IMG/VR virus record: IMGVR_UViG_3300025389_000011
DNA: 64,000 nucleotides
Direction: 5' to 3' (one strand)
Origin: a virus
Lineage: Duplodnaviria > Caudoviricetes
A program made the translations under genes and the position numbers. The notes under the pieces were generated by a model. The model had not been told where the DNA came from. It did no database searches and saw only the letters and a list, made by a program, of their open reading frames with translations. This document shows, one piece after another, positions 49,383 through 59,530 of this stretch. Numbering within the stretch: the stretch's first letter is position 1; each line of letters starts with the position of its first letter.

Positions 49383-51688
49383 TAAATGTAATTAAACGTA
49401 ACGGGACAAAGGAACCATTAAATTTAGAGAAATGGCAAGCACAAGTAGCAAAAGTATGTAAAGGGACAGCAGACGTAAGTCCTTCAATGGTAGAGATTAA
49501 AAGTCAATTACATTTTTATGACGGTATATCAACAAAACAAATCGATGAAATAACACTTAGGGCAATCGTTGATTTAATAGACGTAGAGGCACACCCAGAT
49601 ATTGGTCACGTTAATTACCAATATGTCGCAGGAAAACAAAGAGTTAGCATGTTGCGTAAAGATGTTTACGGCGACTATCAACCTCCCCATATATACGAAA
49701 TTGTTAAAAAGAATATAAGCATTGGATTATACACGAAAGAATTACTAGAATGGTATACTGAAGATGATTGGAACAAAATGAATGACATGCTGGATCATTC
49801 AAAAGACGAAACATACAGTTATGCCGCCATTGAACAACTGATTGAAAAATATTTGGTACGTAATCGTAGTACAAAGGAAATATATGAAACACCGCAAATC
49901 AGATACATGGTTGCCGCCGCAACTGTTTTCCACAAGGAAGAACCAAACACAGCAAGAATGCGATATATTAAAGAGTATTATAATTGCGCTAGTGATGGTC
50001 TTTTTACCCTCGCTACTCCTGTGTTGGCTGGTTTGGGTACTCCCACTAAGCAGTTTAGTAGCTGTGTACTCATTCGTAGTGATGACGACCTTGATAGTAT
50101 CTTTGCTAGTGGAGAAATGATGGCAAAGTATGCCAGTAAACGTGCTGGCATTGGTTTAGAGATAGGAAGATTACGTCCACTGGGTTCACCAATCAGGGGC
50201 GGAGAAATCATGCACACCGGTATGATTCCTTTCTTAAAGAAATGGTTTGGTGATTTGCGTAGTTGCAGTCAAGGAGGTATTCGTAATGCAAGTGCTACTG
50301 TATTTTATCCCATTTGGCACCATCAGTTTGATGACCTTATTGTTCTTAAGAACAACCAGGGTACAGAGGAAACAAGAGTTAGACACATGGACTACGGAGT
50401 TGTCCTTAGCAAGTTCTTTTGGAAAAGGTTTAAGAATAAAGAAGATATCACATTCTTTGATCCGAACCAAGTACCCGACTTATATGAAGCCTTTTATCGT
50501 GACACAGCGTTATTTGAAGAACTCTATGTAAAATACGAAAACGATAGTAATATACGCAAAAAAACAATGAATGCAGAAGATGTATTCAAAAGTGGAATAT
50601 TAAAAGAAAGAACAGATACTGGTCGTATCTACCTTGTGTTTATTGATAATGTAATGAATCAAGGACCTTTTGACCCTGAATATCATGCCATTTATCAAAG
50701 TAATTTATGTTGCGAAATTCTTCTTCCTACTAAGCCTTTTAAGCGTTTGGATGACGATACTGGCCGTATTGCTCTTTGTACTCTTGGCAGTATTAATTGG
50801 GGTGCATTCCGCAATCCGGAAGACATGCGTAGGGCTTGTCGTATTCTTCAGCGTAGCTTATGTAACATACTCGATTATCAAGATTTCTTATCTATTCAGT
50901 CCAAACTAAGTAATGACGAAATAAGCCCGTTAGGCATCGGTGTTACCAATCTTGCATATTGGCATGCAAAGCGTAGCTATAAGTATGGAGAAAAAGAAGC
51001 ACTACAAGAAGTTAAAACCTGGATGGAACATCAGGCATATTATTTGACAGAATCTACGGTTGAATTGGCTAAAGAACGCGGTGCATGTTTAGATAGCGAT
51101 AAAACACGTTATGGTCAAGGTATATTCCCTTGGGAACGCAGAGCAGAGGGTGTTAATGAATTAGCGGATTTTACTCCTGAATTAGATTGGGAAACATTGC
51201 GTACAAACATGAAACAGTATGGAGTGCGTAATGCTACATTAATGGCAATCGCACCTGTTGAAAGTAGTAGTGTAGTTATTAACAGCACAAATGGTATTGA
51301 ATTACCTATGAGTTTAATTAGTGTTAAAGAAAGTAAAGCAGGGTCATTAACACAAGTTGTTCCTGATTACGCTAAACTTAAAAACAAATACCAATTGATG
51401 TGGGATCAACGTGATTGTGAGAGTTATTTGAAAACAGCCGCAGTACTCGCCGCATATGTAGACCAAAGCATTTCAACAAACACATTTTACAATCCTGCAT
51501 ACTTCCCCGATAGAAAAGTCCCAACTACACTAATTGCTAAAAACTTAATGCAATCACATATTTGGGGATTAAAAACGTTTTACTATAGCTTAATTAACAA
51601 ACAAGGTAGTAAAGAAATATCAGAAGAAAAACCTTTAGAAGTAATAGATTTTGATAACGAAGAAGATTGCGAGGCATGTAAATTATGA
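49379..51688 (+). CDS. nrdA: Ribonucleotide reductase class Ia alpha subunit
   Basis: N-terminal ATP cone (VIKRNG), SNLCCEI, APVESSS, C-terminal CEAC. Confidence 0.97.
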   Translation: MINVIKRNGTKEPLNLEKWQAQVAKVCKGTADVSPSMVEIKSQLHFYDGISTKQIDEITLRAIVDLIDVEAHPDIGHVNYQYVAGKQRVSMLRKDVYGDYQPPHIYEIVKKNISIGLYTKELLEWYTEDDWNKMNDMLDHSKDETYSYAAIEQLIEKYLVRNRSTKEIYETPQIRYMVAAATVFHKEEPNTARMRYIKEYYNCASDGLFTLATPVLAGLGTPTKQFSSCVLIRSDDDLDSIFASGEMMAKYASKRAGIGLEIGRLRPLGSPIRGGEIMHTGMIPFLKKWFGDLRSCSQGGIRNASATVFYPIWHHQFDDLIVLKNNQGTEETRVRHMDYGVVLSKFFWKRFKNKEDITFFDPNQVPDLYEAFYRDTALFEELYVKYENDSNIRKKTMNAEDVFKSGILKERTDTGRIYLVFIDNVMNQGPFDPEYHAIYQSNLCCEILLPTKPFKRLDDDTGRIALCTLGSINWGAFRNPEDMRRACRILQRSLCNILDYQDFLSIQSKLSNDEISPLGIGVTNLAYWHAKRSYKYGEKEALQEVKTWMEHQAYYLTESTVELAKERGACLDSDKTRYGQGIFPWERRAEGVNELADFTPELDWETLRTNMKQYGVRNATLMAIAPVESSSVVINSTNGIELPMSLISVKESKAGSLTQVVPDYAKLKNKYQLMWDQRDCESYLKTAAVLAAYVDQSISTNTFYNPAYFPDRKVPTTLIAKNLMQSHIWGLKTFYYSLINKQGSKEISEEKPLEVIDFDNEEDCEACKL

Positions 51689-52785
51689 GCAAACAACAAT
51701 ACAACTTAAGTACCAAAACAGATTATTTGAATAGGAAAATGTTTTTGGACCCAGAAGGTCCCGTAACCATTCAAAGATTTGAAGAAGTAAAATACAACAA
51801 ACTAGTAAAGATTGAACAAACAGCACGTGGCTTCTTTTGGGTCCCGGAAGAAATCAGTTTAACTAAAGATGCTAATGACTTTAAAGATGCCAGCACCACC
51901 GTTAAACATATTTTTACAAGTAATTTGTTACGCCAAACAGCATTAGATAGTTTACAAGGTCGTGGCCCAAGTCAAATATTTACACCTGTTGTAAGTATTC
52001 CTGAATTGGAAGCATTGATGTATAATTGGAGCTTTTTTGAAACAAATATACATAGTCGTAGCTATAGCCACATTATTCGTAATATCTACAACGTACCTAA
52101 AGATGTGTTCAATACTATACACGATACGCAAGAAATCATTGGCATGGCTAGTAGTGTAGGTAACTACTACGATGCACTACATGCAATTAACTGTCGCAAA
52201 GAGATAGGTGAAACTATCGTTGAACAAGACCATATCAAGGCAATTTGGTTGGCATTACACGCAAGTTATGCATTGGAAGCATTTAGATTCATGGTAAGTT
52301 TTGCTACAAGTCTAGCAATGGTTGAAAATCGTATCTTTATTGGTAATGGTAACATTATCAGTTTAATCTTACAAGATGAACTATTACACAAAGAATGGAC
52401 TGCTTGGATGATTAATCAAGTGGTTAAAGAAGACCCTCGCTTTGCACAAGCTAAAATAGAATGTGAAAGTGAAGTATATCAAATTTATACTGATGTAATA
52501 CGTGAAGAAAAAGAATGGGCTGATTATCTATTCAAGTTTGGTCCTGTTATTGGATTAAACGCAAATATTCTTAAAGACTTTGTTGATTTTACAGCCAAAG
52601 CCGCATTAAGTGATATTGGTATTAAATATCAATCACCTGCACCAAAATCAACACCTATCCCATGGTTCAACAAACATAGTGATACAAGCAAGAAACAAAC
52701 AGCACTTCAAGAAAGTGAATCAACAAATTACGTCATTGGTGTAATGGGAGACTCATTAAACTATGATGAATTACCAAACTTATAA
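51685..52785 (+). CDS. nrdB: Ribonucleotide reductase class Ia beta subunit
   Basis: FFWVPEEI, ETNIHSRSY, EAFRF, DELLH diiron motifs, ALQESESTNY. Confidence 0.97.
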   Translation: MSKQQYNLSTKTDYLNRKMFLDPEGPVTIQRFEEVKYNKLVKIEQTARGFFWVPEEISLTKDANDFKDASTTVKHIFTSNLLRQTALDSLQGRGPSQIFTPVVSIPELEALMYNWSFFETNIHSRSYSHIIRNIYNVPKDVFNTIHDTQEIIGMASSVGNYYDALHAINCRKEIGETIVEQDHIKAIWLALHASYALEAFRFMVSFATSLAMVENRIFIGNGNIISLILQDELLHKEWTAWMINQVVKEDPRFAQAKIECESEVYQIYTDVIREEKEWADYLFKFGPVIGLNANILKDFVDFTAKAALSDIGIKYQSPAPKSTPIPWFNKHSDTSKKQTALQESESTNYVIGVMGDSLNYDELPNL

Positions 52786-52798
52786 AGGAAGAAAAATA

Positions 52799-53029
52799 AT
52801 GACAGCAGTAGTATGGAGTAAGTATAATTGTCCTTTCTGTGAACAGGCTAAAGCCTTGTTAAAAAGTAAAGGAATAGCTTTTGAAGAAAAGAAAATCGGT
52901 GATGGATACACTAAAGAAGAATTGTTAGAAGCAGTTCCTAATGCACGTACAGTACCGCAAATCTTTTTAGATGGCGAATTAATAGGTGGTTTTACAGAAC
53001 TTAAACAAAAATTAACAGAGAGTAACTAA
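52799..53029 (+). CDS. Glutaredoxin
   Basis: CPFC, TVPQIF, IGGF; ATG at 52799 after AAGGA is preferred over 52763. Confidence 0.93.
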   Translation: MTAVVWSKYNCPFCEQAKALLKSKGIAFEEKKIGDGYTKEELLEAVPNARTVPQIFLDGELIGGFTELKQKLTESN

Positions 53030-53322
53030 TGGAAAACGGAAAAGTATACACATTCAAATTAAACAGTGGTGAAGAACTTATCGCTAAGATTGTTGACATC
53101 ACACGTGATAATATTATTATCACAGAACCAGTAAGTATTGCACCAACACCGCAGGGAATGCAAATGATTCCTAGCTTGTTTACTGCGGAACCTAAAGGAA
53201 ATGTAACACTAAATACTAATAGTATTGCATTTCATGCCGACACAGAAGACGGCTTGAAAGACAAATACTTAGAAGCAACAACAGGTATTAAAGTACCTAG
53301 CAAAAAAATAGTATTGGGATAA
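53029..53322 (+). CDS. Small beta-barrel (Sm-like) hypothetical protein
   Basis: FKLNSGEELIAKI...ITEPVSI; resembles an ORF often found after glutaredoxin in T4-like phages (recall only). Confidence 0.55.
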   Translation: MENGKVYTFKLNSGEELIAKIVDITRDNIIITEPVSIAPTPQGMQMIPSLFTAEPKGNVTLNTNSIAFHADTEDGLKDKYLEATTGIKVPSKKIVLG

Positions 53323-53325
53323 TAT

Positions 53326-53607
53326 ATGTCAGGAGTAAGTAGGCAAGGTGATCAAAATGCACCAGCAGGCAAAATAATTCGTGGAGCCAGCACGGTGTTT
53401 GTAAACAACATTGCAGTTGGATTACATGTTAGTCAAATTACCTCACATGCTCCTTTTGGATCTCCCCATCCGCCCCATCAAGCGGCAATAACAACTGAAG
53501 GTAGTCCAACAGTATTTGCAGAAGGATCACCTATATTAAGAATAGGCTCAGGAGTATCTTGTGGTCATCCGATCATTCAGGGTAGTTCTGATGTATTTTG
53601 CCCATGA
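53326..53607 (+). CDS. PAAR-domain spike tip (gp5.4-like)
   Basis: RQGD...GASTVFVN...H...H...GSPTVFAEG.PILRIG..VSCGH.I.QGS.DVF. Confidence 0.9.
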   Translation: MSGVSRQGDQNAPAGKIIRGASTVFVNNIAVGLHVSQITSHAPFGSPHPPHQAAITTEGSPTVFAEGSPILRIGSGVSCGHPIIQGSSDVFCP

Positions 53608-55190
53608 GTGATACAGGAAAACAAAGCCCATTAGGCGTCAACTCAATGGCGGGCCTAATACAAAACAAAGGTCTAACTATTAACAAAATTGGAGCTAGTT
53701 ACATGGGCTCGGCTAAAAGTTTAAGTGATTATACTTTTGGCACATTAATTCAAAATACAGTATTACGTTTATTAACTTGGTCAATCAATGATGCTTATGG
53801 AAGAAATGTTGTTAATTCAGGTACATATCAAAATTTAATATCAGTTGGTGAATATTTAGATTGGTATCCAGTGACTAGTGGGTCATGGGGTAGTTTTATG
53901 AATAGTTATGCTATTTGGACTAATGGGCAAACTGATGTAGCAACATATACATATACAACAGGTGTTAATTTTCCTGCTACAGGTCTTTATACATTTAACT
54001 ATGCCGCACAAAATACAATGACTGTTAGTTTAGATGGAACTGCAATTGGTGCGGCAACAACTAATCATACAACAAATGATTCAATAACGATGAATGTTGT
54101 AGCAGGAGACCATATTATTAATATGGCAATCACTGGAACCGGTACAGCTACTGGTGGTGCGTTACAAATCATTAAACCAATTGGTGGGGAGTTATGGGAC
54201 TCACGTTCATATCTTGCATCACAAACTATTATTCCTGCTCCATCTTATTATAATCAAGGTGGTACTGGCGGCGGATATGCCCCGTCTAGTGTAGCTCCAG
54301 GCACATCAACAGGGGGTGCTTATAATTCTGGCTCCGGAGCAGGTATTAAAACAATTACACTTAATTCGGTAGACCAGACTACTACGTTTGTGTTTGTAAA
54401 TGGATGGACTCAAAGTATACCAACTAATGCCCCGGTAGCTGATACTATAGCACAATTACAAGCAGATAACAGTAAAGTAGGTGGTAGTGTATACGATATA
54501 GCAATTATTAATTACTTAAAAGGTGAAAATTACGAGGGTGGTAATTGGGATCCAAATATTACTCTAAAACTTAATGATGCAACTGTAGTATGGGGCAATA
54601 CATTTAATCCAACTTGGTCTGGTACTGCGTTATCTAAGTATCAATTAACTATTTACTATTCAGGTGACTCACAATCAACTACAGGAAATGCCCCTTCAGG
54701 TAGTCTTACATTAACTACATCTGCTATAGGTAATCCTGCCAATATAACAAACAATCAATCAGATGCCCAAGGAAAATATAGTGTATACTCATTAGCTATG
54801 GCACTATATGACCCCGTACAGAAATATGTTGTTTATGCAAGTGCCGCATCATTAAAAGTATATGCACCCAATGGTGCAGGAGCAAACACAACAACTAATA
54901 CAAATATGACACCTTCTCAACCACCAGTTGTTTTTATAAGTCCAGGAACTACAGTGCCTGCTGATGGCAAATCTGTATTAACGGTATCTTGGAGTGTAAC
55001 AGGTGCTTATCCAGATCCCGATGGTGTATCAGTATCTGATACATTAGGAAATAAAAGTACTAGTGCATCTGGATCGTTCTCATATGGACCGTACTCGCCT
55101 GGCACTACAGGAGATACTAATATTTTTGTCGATGCAAAAGGTCCTGGCGGAGGATTCTCAACTTCTAGGTTTTTGCAAATAAAAGGGTAA
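53604..55190 (+). CDS. Probable virion protein with PA14-like and Ig-like segments
   Basis: ATG at 53604 (ATGA overlap with PAAR stop); GLYTFNYAAQNTMTVSLDG...AGDHII...GGALQI...LWDS resembles PA14. Confidence 0.55.
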   Translation: MSDTGKQSPLGVNSMAGLIQNKGLTINKIGASYMGSAKSLSDYTFGTLIQNTVLRLLTWSINDAYGRNVVNSGTYQNLISVGEYLDWYPVTSGSWGSFMNSYAIWTNGQTDVATYTYTTGVNFPATGLYTFNYAAQNTMTVSLDGTAIGAATTNHTTNDSITMNVVAGDHIINMAITGTGTATGGALQIIKPIGGELWDSRSYLASQTIIPAPSYYNQGGTGGGYAPSSVAPGTSTGGAYNSGSGAGIKTITLNSVDQTTTFVFVNGWTQSIPTNAPVADTIAQLQADNSKVGGSVYDIAIINYLKGENYEGGNWDPNITLKLNDATVVWGNTFNPTWSGTALSKYQLTIYYSGDSQSTTGNAPSGSLTLTTSAIGNPANITNNQSDAQGKYSVYSLAMALYDPVQKYVVYASAASLKVYAPNGAGANTTTNTNMTPSQPPVVFISPGTTVPADGKSVLTVSWSVTGAYPDPDGVSVSDTLGNKSTSASGSFSYGPYSPGTTGDTNIFVDAKGPGGGFSTSRFLQIKG

Positions 55191-55197
55191 TACAATT

Positions 55198-56211
55198 ATG
55201 GCAAACGGATCACAACCAACAGGCGGTATACCAGGGTTAGGAAACTCAAAGCCACCTACGTTTACCTATACCGGTGATCCAGGTTGGGGCGGCGCTGACT
55301 ACACCGGACAAGTTGCAAGTTGGGGGTATTTACATTTATATCCACTACAAGCATGGAATGAATTTAACTACAATAATACATTGGGAACTACTAATTATTA
55401 TACAGATTTTTTAGGTTCGTTTATGGCTAGTGGAGCATTTATACAATACTCCAACCAAGCTATCATGTCAATGCAAAATTCTATACACTTTTTAGAAGGT
55501 ACATTTAGTAATCAAAACGATTTGATTTCTAGTGATATTACTGGTGTATCGTTGGCAGGTCCTGCATTTGGTCAAGATATGATTGCATTGGGTCGTGCAA
55601 TAGATTTATCAACGATATCATCATTTGGTTTGCCTAGTAATCTATTAGCAACACTTAAAAAGAACAATGCAATAACACCGTCACTTACTTTGGCATTGAT
55701 TGCATCAGGATTAACTCCAACTGATATTACTACTGTGTTAAATAATAAAGGTGTTTCAAATCTACAACAACAACAAGTATATGCGGCATTGTTGGTTATC
55801 GTAGGGGTAGATTTAGATAGTATTTTAATATCACTAAATTGTAAAACAAAAGGTCTAACTAGTTTAGCTGATTTATTGAATGTACAAAAACTATTTCCAA
55901 CTAGTTATCAATCATTGACAGTTCCTGTGTATAACGCTAATCCAGGACCTACAAATAGTAAAACATATTATCCAATATATATTGGTACTGGAGTAAATCC
56001 CGCATTAAGTACTGAAACAATGAATAATTTAATTGGTACTATTATTCCTCCTGGATCACCGACAAGTGCACCTGCACCACAATCAACAACAAGTACACCG
56101 CAACAAAATAACACATTACCGACGGTTGCAACACCCTTAGGTGATGCATATGGTTCAACAGTTGGTAGAACAATTGGATCATTGGCTACTGGTATAGGGA
56201 GTTCAATATAA
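55198..56211 (+). CDS. Hypothetical, probable virion protein
   Basis: 337-aa ORF with phage-typical codon use; TAATG coupling to the next ORF. Confidence 0.7.
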   Translation: MANGSQPTGGIPGLGNSKPPTFTYTGDPGWGGADYTGQVASWGYLHLYPLQAWNEFNYNNTLGTTNYYTDFLGSFMASGAFIQYSNQAIMSMQNSIHFLEGTFSNQNDLISSDITGVSLAGPAFGQDMIALGRAIDLSTISSFGLPSNLLATLKKNNAITPSLTLALIASGLTPTDITTVLNNKGVSNLQQQQVYAALLVIVGVDLDSILISLNCKTKGLTSLADLLNVQKLFPTSYQSLTVPVYNANPGPTNSKTYYPIYIGTGVNPALSTETMNNLIGTIIPPGSPTSAPAPQSTTSTPQQNNTLPTVATPLGDAYGSTVGRTIGSLATGIGSSI

Positions 56212-58076
56212 TGGCAGGTTTTTTTCAAAACAATAACAACGGGGCTACACAACAAGACACACCAATTGAAACAGCGCAACCCGGTGACAATGCACAATCA
56301 ACGCCAACACAATTAAATATCCAAACATTGCCCAAAGGTTTTGGTAGTTATTTGAACAATATTCTACCGCCTGACGTAGCAATAGCCGCTGGTGCGTTCA
56401 GTAGAACGATGCAACAGATTACAAATATTCAAGGTGTGCCTATTGAGAAATTTGCACAAGTTTCTGGAACAATGGAAACAAACAAAGGGTTACCATTAAC
56501 AAACGGTACTAATGTACCAACAGCTATTACAGAAGCACAAACAAGTCTTGGCATTGTTGCATTAGGAGACGGCCCGTATAATACGTTTACATTTTCAAAC
56601 TTTTTTGGATGTATGAGTTGTTTGCCTTATCCTTGGGCAACAATAGAACAACAAATTGATGCATTGGCAACTAGAAAATTATTTAATATATACAATCAAT
56701 TATTTTTAGCAGTTACATGGGAACTTGGGGAAGCAGATATAATTCAATACAAATATAATGTTGAACAACAACCTTATATACCACCAACGATTGATCCTGA
56801 TACTGGAAAAGTAACGGATCCAGGACAACCTAGAATAGACCATTGGTATTATACAGTATCTTCTTCACTAACAAATCCAGGTGGTGGTTACGGTAGAGGT
56901 ACTGGACCTTTACCATTGGTATTTTTGACCCCGAATAATTGCGGTGCATCGGCATATGTCACATCGTTTGGCACAAATGATGCAGATGCAAAGTCTAATC
57001 GTCAGGGAACATTTGGTAGAATAACAGGATATGAATTTTTCCCCGGAACTCCTTATTTATATACTACTACCACTGTTAATCAGGATGGTCCTCCCCCAAC
57101 ACCAGATGCACCGACTGAGTATATAACTGTGCAAGGTCCACCTACAGGAACACTCCCTGTACAGGCTAATGGAGATATTGGTACTGGTGGAACAAATACT
57201 GCAGGTGTTAGAGATGATACTTTAGGTGGTAGAACTGTACTTGATCCTGGATGGCCTGGAATGAATACCCCTGTACAGTTATACATTAATCAAGCAAATG
57301 ATGAAATATTTTCAATACGCAATAATAATTTAACTGTAGCAAATGCATTAAATGCAAATTGGAATAACATAGGTGAATACTTAAACAATGAATTACGTGC
57401 AAGAAATATTGGATTAGGATCAAATCCATTACCAAACACTCCACCAGGAAGTCCGGTACCCAACCTTAATCCATACCCTATGACCATGTATAGTTTTACT
57501 GACTCAGTACCTAGTTTTGCAAAAGATACTAACCCACATATGGCTTCACAAACTATAGAAAATATTATAGAACAAGATTCAATTACCGGTCAAAGTCTTG
57601 TGGCTATGACTAGAGAAAATAGAAATCAATCAAGGTTGAATAGTGCAGGTTTAATACTAAACAATAATATTTCTGATACAATTACACCAGAACAACAAAA
57701 ACAATTATTAGGTAATGGCACATTAAGTACATCAGCAGGAACAACTAACCCGGCATATCCTCCGGGAACCGCAGTAGTACCAGCAGGTTATTATGATCCT
57801 ACTACACAGCAATATATAACAACGTCTAATCCACCATTTGGTGCAACTAATACATCATCTGGTAGTAATATTAGTAGTAGTACTAGTAACGGTACACCTG
57901 TAGACACGGGTGGACCTGCAGTACCCGGCAGTTTAGGAGCGTCACAATATCAAAACTTGATACCAGCATCACTAAACCCATATTATACTTCAGGTATATT
58001 ATTACCGGCGACTTACCCAGTCTCAGATGCCATCGACCAAGTTGTCGCATGTAACTGTGATTGTTGGGTACATTAA
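56211..58076 (+). CDS. Hypothetical, probable virion protein
   Basis: 621 aa, Pro/Thr/Gly-rich; ends CNCDCWVH. Confidence 0.7.
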   Translation: MAGFFQNNNNGATQQDTPIETAQPGDNAQSTPTQLNIQTLPKGFGSYLNNILPPDVAIAAGAFSRTMQQITNIQGVPIEKFAQVSGTMETNKGLPLTNGTNVPTAITEAQTSLGIVALGDGPYNTFTFSNFFGCMSCLPYPWATIEQQIDALATRKLFNIYNQLFLAVTWELGEADIIQYKYNVEQQPYIPPTIDPDTGKVTDPGQPRIDHWYYTVSSSLTNPGGGYGRGTGPLPLVFLTPNNCGASAYVTSFGTNDADAKSNRQGTFGRITGYEFFPGTPYLYTTTTVNQDGPPPTPDAPTEYITVQGPPTGTLPVQANGDIGTGGTNTAGVRDDTLGGRTVLDPGWPGMNTPVQLYINQANDEIFSIRNNNLTVANALNANWNNIGEYLNNELRARNIGLGSNPLPNTPPGSPVPNLNPYPMTMYSFTDSVPSFAKDTNPHMASQTIENIIEQDSITGQSLVAMTRENRNQSRLNSAGLILNNNISDTITPEQQKQLLGNGTLSTSAGTTNPAYPPGTAVVPAGYYDPTTQQYITTSNPPFGATNTSSGSNISSSTSNGTPVDTGGPAVPGSLGASQYQNLIPASLNPYYTSGILLPATYPVSDAIDQVVACNCDCWVH

Positions 58077-58085
58077 CCAAAAATA

Positions 58086-58114
58086 TTGTACAAAACAGAC
58101 TTTTCTGTTATACT
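58086..58114 (+). promoter_or_regulatory. Sigma70-like promoter TTGTAC-N17-TATACT with extended -10
   Basis: TG at 58106-07; dyad AACAGA/TCTGTT in the spacer; SD AAGGAG before the ATG at 58164. Confidence 0.65.
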
Positions 58115-58163
58115 CTATTTTTGTCCCTAAAAGTCGGGGGAACTTGATAAAAAGGAGAACAAG

Positions 58164-58730
58164 ATGGAAAATGTAATTAGAAGTGTGTATATGTTAATGG
58201 GCGCAATAATAATTGCTCTTATAACACAAAGCATCACGCATTACAAAATGGACTACTATCGTGGTCAAGACAAATATGTCCAAAACATACCAGTTGAGAC
58301 AGTTGAAAAACGTTTAAATTGTATGACACAAAACATTTACCGTGAAGCAGGTTATGAGCCGTTTGAGGGTAAAGTAGCAGTAGCACAAGTAACACTAAAC
58401 AGAGTAAACGACCCACGATTTCCAAAAGATATTTGTGCAGTAGTATACCAAAAAGATGTAATTATGGAAAAAGTAGTTTGTCAATTTTCATGGTATTGTA
58501 CAAATGGATTAGAAAAAACTAAACCAATTAATAATTCAGCATACAGAGAAAGTTATGAAGTAGCTAAAAAAGTTATGCTAGAAGGATTTAGATTGGATGG
58601 TATAAAAAATGCATTATACTATCATGCAGATTACATAAATCCCAATTGGAAATTACACAGAGTAGCAAAAATTGGAAATCATGTATTTTATGAAGACAAC
58701 CAATCACACAAAGGAAAAAATGATGATTAA
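58164..58730 (+). CDS. SleB/Hydrolase_2 cell-wall hydrolase with N-terminal TM anchor
   Basis: NIYREA..EPFEGKVAVAQVTLNRV, CQFSWYC, YYHADY..P.W, IGNHVFY. Confidence 0.9.
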   Translation: MENVIRSVYMLMGAIIIALITQSITHYKMDYYRGQDKYVQNIPVETVEKRLNCMTQNIYREAGYEPFEGKVAVAQVTLNRVNDPRFPKDICAVVYQKDVIMEKVVCQFSWYCTNGLEKTKPINNSAYRESYEVAKKVMLEGFRLDGIKNALYYHADYINPNWKLHRVAKIGNHVFYEDNQSHKGKNDD

Positions 58731-59049
58731 CGCAATAATTGATTCAATGGCAAAAACAATAAATGAATTTGGTAAAGACTTTAAAGAAAAGATTACTCAT
58801 TTATCGTCTGAAACAATTCATTGGATGGCAATATTATGTTTGTTTGGTGCTACTGCTCCAAACTTAATTGGGCTAATGGTTGGCGTTACAGACACTATGC
58901 CACCTATTGAAATAGTGTTAATTGTTTGGGCGGCATTGGGTTTGTTCTTTATGAAAGCAATTATTCAACGTGATGTATTAAATCTTATCACGATTGGATT
59001 TGGTTTCATGGCTCAAGCAGTTGCTATGGCATTGATATTCTTTAAGTAA
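58720..59049 (+). CDS. Small multi-TM membrane protein (holin candidate)
   Basis: Three hydrophobic segments; ATG at 58720 after AAGGA; overlaps the hydrolase 3' end. Confidence 0.6.
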   Translation: MMINAIIDSMAKTINEFGKDFKEKITHLSSETIHWMAILCLFGATAPNLIGLMVGVTDTMPPIEIVLIVWAALGLFFMKAIIQRDVLNLITIGFGFMAQAVAMALIFFK

Positions 59050-59050
59050 C

Positions 59051-59530
59051 ATGAGTGAAGAAGACAAGAGCAATCTTGCCAAAGGCAGGACTAGCTATGA
59101 TTTAAAAGTAGGAGATTCTCTTGTCCCGTTCTTTAACAGAAATGTTAGTGAATATCCCACAGAAGCAGGTGGACCTAAATTTGATTTGGTGCCCGTAACC
59201 AAACAAAAAGATATCATGATTAACCATGCTAGGTTGTATGCCCAGCAAGAATATGATAGAATAATGCAACTGGTTAATGTGTTGCAAAAACAAGCAGAAG
59301 ATATTAAGCGCAGACTTGACGTAACTGATATGGTCTATGCCGCAGAATATCAATTTCAAATTGTTATGGGTCATTGTTATTGGTTAGTGTTTGACACACG
59401 AAAACAAAAAATGATACTAACATCACATGGACCAAATGATTGGAATACGGGTAAACCTGTAGATTATGATTACATAACTCAGGTTAAATACATGGGAGAC
59501 CACACGTGGATGGAGATAGTTGATGACTAA
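59051..59530 (+). CDS. Hypothetical protein (DUF2452-like by recall)
   Basis: Coiled coil, then YQFQIVMGHCYWL...PNDW; family name is from memory only. Confidence 0.5.
   Translation: MSEEDKSNLAKGRTSYDLKVGDSLVPFFNRNVSEYPTEAGGPKFDLVPVTKQKDIMINHARLYAQQEYDRIMQLVNVLQKQAEDIKRRLDVTDMVYAAEYQFQIVMGHCYWLVFDTRKQKMILTSHGPNDWNTGKPVDYDYITQVKYMGDHTWMEIVDD

Noticed and set aside
49379-52785. Inteins or introns in nrdA/nrdB
   Set aside because: Lengths (769 and 366 aa) are ordinary and the motifs are contiguous.
55188-55200. Read-through or frameshift joining the 53604 and 55198 ORFs
   Set aside because: The 7-nt gap changes frame and no slippery heptamer precedes the TAA.
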